From Octopus vulgaris (taxonomy: Eukaryota): DNA of 64,000 nucleotides. Under the pieces are notes generated by a model, which did no database searches, was not told the DNA's origin, and saw only the letters and a program-made list of their open reading frames with translations. Position 1 is the stretch's first letter. The number at the start of each line of letters is the position of its first letter. Below, piece after piece: positions 58,980-64,000 of this stretch. The translations under genes were made by a program, and so were the position numbers. The stretch spans positions 96,100,001 to 96,164,000 of the forward strand of contig OX597817.1 of assembly GCA_951406725.2 (NCBI GenBank), in the 5' to 3' direction.

Positions 58980-61935
58980 TTGCCTTTCCACAACTTCTAA
59001 CGCTGGAGATGTATTACAGTATCAGCTGTTCACTACCAGTGAACTAAGATAACACCACTTATTTTTCGAGCACCTTCCGGAGTATTCGAGCGGTTCTAAG
59101 CAGTGCTGTTTTCTTCAGGTGCTCCACCCATATTGCAGCTCCTATTTGTTCCACGTACCTCTTGAGATTTTTGCTCACTGTTCCCAGGGCTCCGAAAATT
59201 ACTGATACTACTGCTATCTTTTTCATAGGGATGTTGAAGATAAGACAGACAGAGAAAAAAGATGGCCGTGGATGATTAAAGTGATTAAAGCCGGAAATGG
59301 AGGCTCTAATCTCTGCTGAATCATAAAATCCCATAGGAACTTGGCATTTCCATTTTGCGCACTGTTCCCGGGGCTCCGACAATTATTGGTACTACTGCTA
59401 TCTTTTTCATCGACCACAACCGCTTAACTTCCCAAGTTAACCTGTCATACTCGACTTTCTTTCTTCCTTATCGCATATCTTGTTGTCAGCTGGACATGCT
59501 ATATCTATGATACAGCATAGTTTGTTTTCTTTCTGAAGACTATGTCCGGCTTCCTATTCTCTAACTCATAGTCGCACTGAATCATAAAATCCCATAGGAA
59601 CTTGGCATTTCCATTTTCGACGATGTCTTCAGGTTTGTGGTCGTACCAATTTTTTGCTCTGTCAAGTCCATACCTGTTGCAAAGTGTCCAATGAAAAAGC
59701 CTGGCTATATTGTCGTGACGTCTTTTATATTCCTTCTGGACTAGTGGAGTACATTGGCTGGTAATATGCCATCCGGTTTCACCGTTTGTCCACAGATTCT
59801 GCACTTATCACTTTCTGATGTGTTGACTATTCTGTATTTTATGTAGTTTGTTCTTAGTACTTACTATTATCAAGTTTGTTCTTGTCCGTTGGACACTTTG
59901 CAACAAGTATGGACTTGACAGAGCAATAAATTGGTACGACCACAAACCTGAAGACATCGTCGAAAATGGAAATGCCAAGATTCTATGGGATTTTATGATT
60001 CAGAGCGACTATGAGTAGGAAGCCGGACATAGTCTTCAGAAAGAAAACAAACTATGCTGTATCATAGATATAGCATACCCAGCTGACAACAAGATATGCG
60101 ATAAGGAAGAAAGAAAAGTCGAGAGATATGACAGGTTAACTTGGGAAGTTAAGCAGTGTGGTCGATGAAAAAGATAGCAATAGTACCAATAATTGTCGGA
60201 GCCCTGGGAACAGTGAGAAAAATGGAAATGCCAAGTTCCTATGGGATTTTATGATTCAGCAGAGATAAGAGCCTCCGTTTCTGGTTTTAAATCACTTTTA
60301 GTCATCCACGGCCATCTTTTTTCTCTGTCTGTCTTATCTTCAACATCCCTATGAAATTGACCATTTATTCTTTTCTTTACCCACCTATTTTCAGTTTCAT
60401 TCATTTTCAATTTCTTGTATATTGCTTTATCTTTGCAATCTTTCATCCTACACAAGCCTGACCTTCTTATTTCTAATAACAGTGATTCTGTGGCATTTTT
60501 TACATACCATGCTATGTTGTTTTCTTCTTTTCTAATGCTGTGTTCACTCACCCCGTCTTTTTCTTGGTACATACAGTCTGTCTGAGTCACTTTTTGGGTG
60601 GAATGACCCATATCTAGTTAGCAGCTTCCTTGTCTTTCTGTCTAAGCTGTTTAGTTGACTAATGTTCAAGAAAGTACCCCTGCTCAATATCTAAGGAGTG
60701 AAACCGCCCAGGTGTTGATAACTGCGATCTTATTCCGTCCATTTAATTTCGACTTAAGAGTCAGTCTCAGTCTGCGCAAGTACTCCACCTTAAATTTTTC
60801 TGTCATTGCTTTCTCCATCAATTTATCCATTTCCAAAATCACCAAGTACTTATAGCCCGTCTCTTCTAGCTGCTTCATAACCTCGCCCGATGGTATCGCT
60901 AGCCCGTCCACACATTTGATTTTGCCTCTCTTCAACACTAACACACCCCACTTTGTCAGTCAGAACACCATTCTGATATCAGCACTGAAGGTATCCGTAT
61001 CAACGAGGGAACTGACTTGGGCTTCATCTTTACCATAAAGTTTGATGTCATCCATAAATAACAAATGGTTGACTTTTTGTTGGCGGCTTTTGAATACATA
61101 CCCAGCTTTTGCTTTCCTCAGAATCAGTGTCAGTGGTATCGAGCACAGTACAAAGATCAGTGGGGATAGGCAGTCCCCTTGGAAGATACCCCTCCTAATT
61201 TCTACTGCCCTAAATTTCTTCCGTATGCTGTCAGGTCCGTACTTCAATTCGCGAGACTTTTTCCAATCAATCGCTCAACATTCGATGCAATACCAAATAG
61301 GTTCTTACACTTCATAATCCAAGAATGTGGGATCATATCGTACGCCTTACGATAGTCAATCCATGACATGGCTAAGTTACTTTTCCTCCTCTTGCAGTAT
61401 CTAAGTACAGTTTTGTCTATCAGGAGTTGGTCCTTGATACCTCTGCACTTACGCTTGCAACCCTTCTGCTCATGTGGCAAATGTTCGTACATTGACTCTG
61501 CTATTTTTCCAGTCAATAACTTCCACATAAGTGGCAAACAGATTATCGGCCTGTAATTGTCTACCGTATTGCCTTTGTCGATGTTTTACAGGCACAGCAA
61601 TGTCCTACCCAAATCTTTTGATCCAGTAGCCTTGAACTCCATCTGGTCCCGGGGCCTTCTAGTTGCTTATTTATTTATTTATTTTTCTTTTTTTGCTGAT
61701 TTCCTTCACTTCCCTAACTGAAATGACTAGTTCTGCCTGTTTTAGACAGACTACTGTTTGTTCCAGTTCTTGCAACCATTCAGCTTCCTTCTTGTGCTCC
61801 TTGTCTTTGCTCCAGATATCACTCCAAAACCTTTGACTTTCAATCTTATCTGGTATCAACTTTTCATCTGTACACTCTCTATTTATTTCTTTATAGAATC
61901 TCTTCTGATCTACTCTGAATAACCTTTTAAGCACC
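58980..61935 (-). mobile_element. R4/Dong LINE of another family, rearranged
   Basis: GIFQGDCLSPL, FMDDIKLY and RKPDIV; the 3' end abuts (ATT)n; internal inversion. Confidence 0.88.
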
Positions 61936-62965
61936 CCTGTCTCTTTCCGGTCTAACACAGAGATTTCCTTCGTGAGGAAAGATAGTGCAAACAAGCTTTC
62001 CCAGATTTCCCTATCAAACGATACAGGTAAGGGAAGGATCGACGACTTGTCTCAAGACACCGAAGATCAAATTCTCGACCAAGTAAGAGATTCTCCTGTT
62101 TTTGCTATCCAAGTGTGACGAAACGACTGACATCGCTCAGTGTTTTCAGCTACTGCTATATGTTCCTTTTTGTGTCAGGCAACTGTATAAAAGAGGAAAT
62201 ATTGTTCTGTCAATTTATTGATAGCTGTACAACAGCAGCAGCTATTTTTCATGATGTATCAAACTACTTTCAGGAAAACCAACTTTCGTGGGTTTCGCTG
62301 GTAGGGGTTTGCACTGATGGAGCTCCAATCATGCTTAGTCTGCAGTCTGGATTCATTATTAGGGTGAGAGAAAAAGTCTATATAATGTAGGTATTCACTG
62401 CATACTTCATCGTGAAGCCTTAGCATCCGGAATCTTACCTACTGAAATGAGAAATGTCCTGAACGTGGCTATCAAGGTTGTCAACTTTGTTAAAGGTGGA
62501 ACCTTAAACAGTCGTCTTTTCAAACTGTTGTGTAAGGAAATGGAATCTGAACATGAAGCATTGCTTTTTCATACGAACGTACGATGGCTATCAAAGGCAG
62601 ATCTCCATGACGAGTTCCAGTCTGAAGGCCTTCAACTATTTCTAGCTTACCTGGTGGACATCTTCGAAGCGTTGAATGCTCTCGACCTACAAGGGAAAAA
62701 CATCAACATTCTCACGCACCACAAAACCATCCGAACCTTCGTGGCCAAACTCGACTTCTGGAAATGTCGAATTCAGCAGGGAAATACAGCCAGTTTTAGT
62801 TACTTGGATTCTGCTATCATTCATGGTAACCTTGATTCTGAAAAACAAATAATCACTCCTCTCACTGACTTGAAAACAGAATTCATTAGATACTTCCCAG
62901 ATATAGATAAAAAGCGTGAAGCTTGGAAATTCATCAGGAACCCATTTCAGTGTGAAGTGAAAGAG
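61936..62965 (+). mobile_element. hAT (Buster/Charlie-type) transposase remnant
   Basis: GVCTDGAPIML, HCILHREALAS and LLFHTNVRWLSK. Confidence 0.88.
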
Positions 62966-62969
62966 GAGT

Positions 62970-63935
62970 TTTCTTTATTGCTGATCATTAGCTTTCTGTT
63001 AACATCCACAACTGTACACTGTTTCTTTTCTCTATCCCAAATCACTATGTCAAGTATATTATGTTTACATTTTATTGTGCTTTTCACTGGGACATTCCAC
63101 GAGTACTCTCTTTTAATTATGGCTTCTACCATATTGTGGGTTCTTATTTCTTTGGCGTTGGAGTTATTCTTCCGAAGGAGCTCATTATACAGTGTCCTAT
63201 CTGCAACATCATGTCTCATTAATAGATAATACCGTGATGACATTTTCAGGCAACTGCTTATGATATGGGTGATATCTCCGATGTTAACTTCACAAAGTCT
63301 GCATCGGATGTTACATTTTGATGTTTTTTCTGCGTCTCTATCCCTTTTGTGCATCAAGTACTTGGTTGATATTTCCTATTCTTGAATAGCAAACACATAC
63401 CCCTCAAAGTGGGAGTTAGAAATCCGTTAGCTGGTCCATGATAGACTTCTTTGATAATCAATGTTTCCATCGTCCCGGAGCTTTCTACTATTATATCCAT
63501 GTATGGTTTTCTGCTGATATACGCTCATCCTTTCACCTGATGATACGTTGCAGTAGTCATGCGACTTCTTTGGACATGTATTTAAAGTTATTAGACAAAG
63601 AATGCTGCCCAAGGAGCTGCTTTCCAACCCTCATGATGTTATCAGCCTCATGTATGCAAACTTAGTCAAGGGATGCACTTCGACACCTGGTGATTAAAAT
63701 ACGTCGCCAATGGGATGTAATACGACATTCAAAGGCAGTCTGAATCGATGCTAAGCCTCTGTCGCCTTGTTTTCGTTTTAGGTAGAGGTGGTCTACGTCA
63801 CTATCGATGTGGAAATTATGTGTGCTGGTTAGTATCTTCAGGGTTTTCACATCAATGATTCGGATCTTATCAAGCGCCCAATTAAGTAACTCAAATGTTA
63901 ATATGAGTACTGGCACTTCAAACACATTGTGAGCA
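62970..63935 (-). mobile_element. Decayed R4/Dong-like LINE fragment
   Basis: CRLCEVNIGDITHIISSC, DIVIWDREKKQCTVVD and DVDHLYLKRKQGDRGL. Confidence 0.8.
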
Positions 63936-64000
63936 TGTGTGTATATATGTGTGAGGAGACTGACAGAATTTACTATTATGATAACTTATAAAATAAAAAC

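Overview
AT-rich, microsatellite-dense eukaryotic DNA. The SINE, LINE and microsatellite make-up looks like a cephalopod (Octopus-type) genome; this is an inference. One host gene is visible: a + strand multi-exon gene encoding three tandem von Willebrand factor A domains (about 3.2-21.5 kb), with candidate micro-exons. Nearly everything else is mobile DNA: many R4/Dong-type RLE non-LTR retrotransposons stacked in (TAA)n microsatellites, tRNA-derived SINEs, Tc1/mariner, MULE, hAT, Merlin-like and Tigger-like elements, Helitron pieces, a Penelope GIY-YIG remnant and a 2.1-kb tandem duplication. The most interesting layer is a set of small non-coding fold-back elements (inverted arm, loop, arm, tail) sitting in (TA)n/(CA)n tracts. 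Some carry type-I hammerhead ribozyme cores from at least two unrelated families, and others share a different conserved motif plus hairpin. All coordinates were read by eye; no searches or folding were run.
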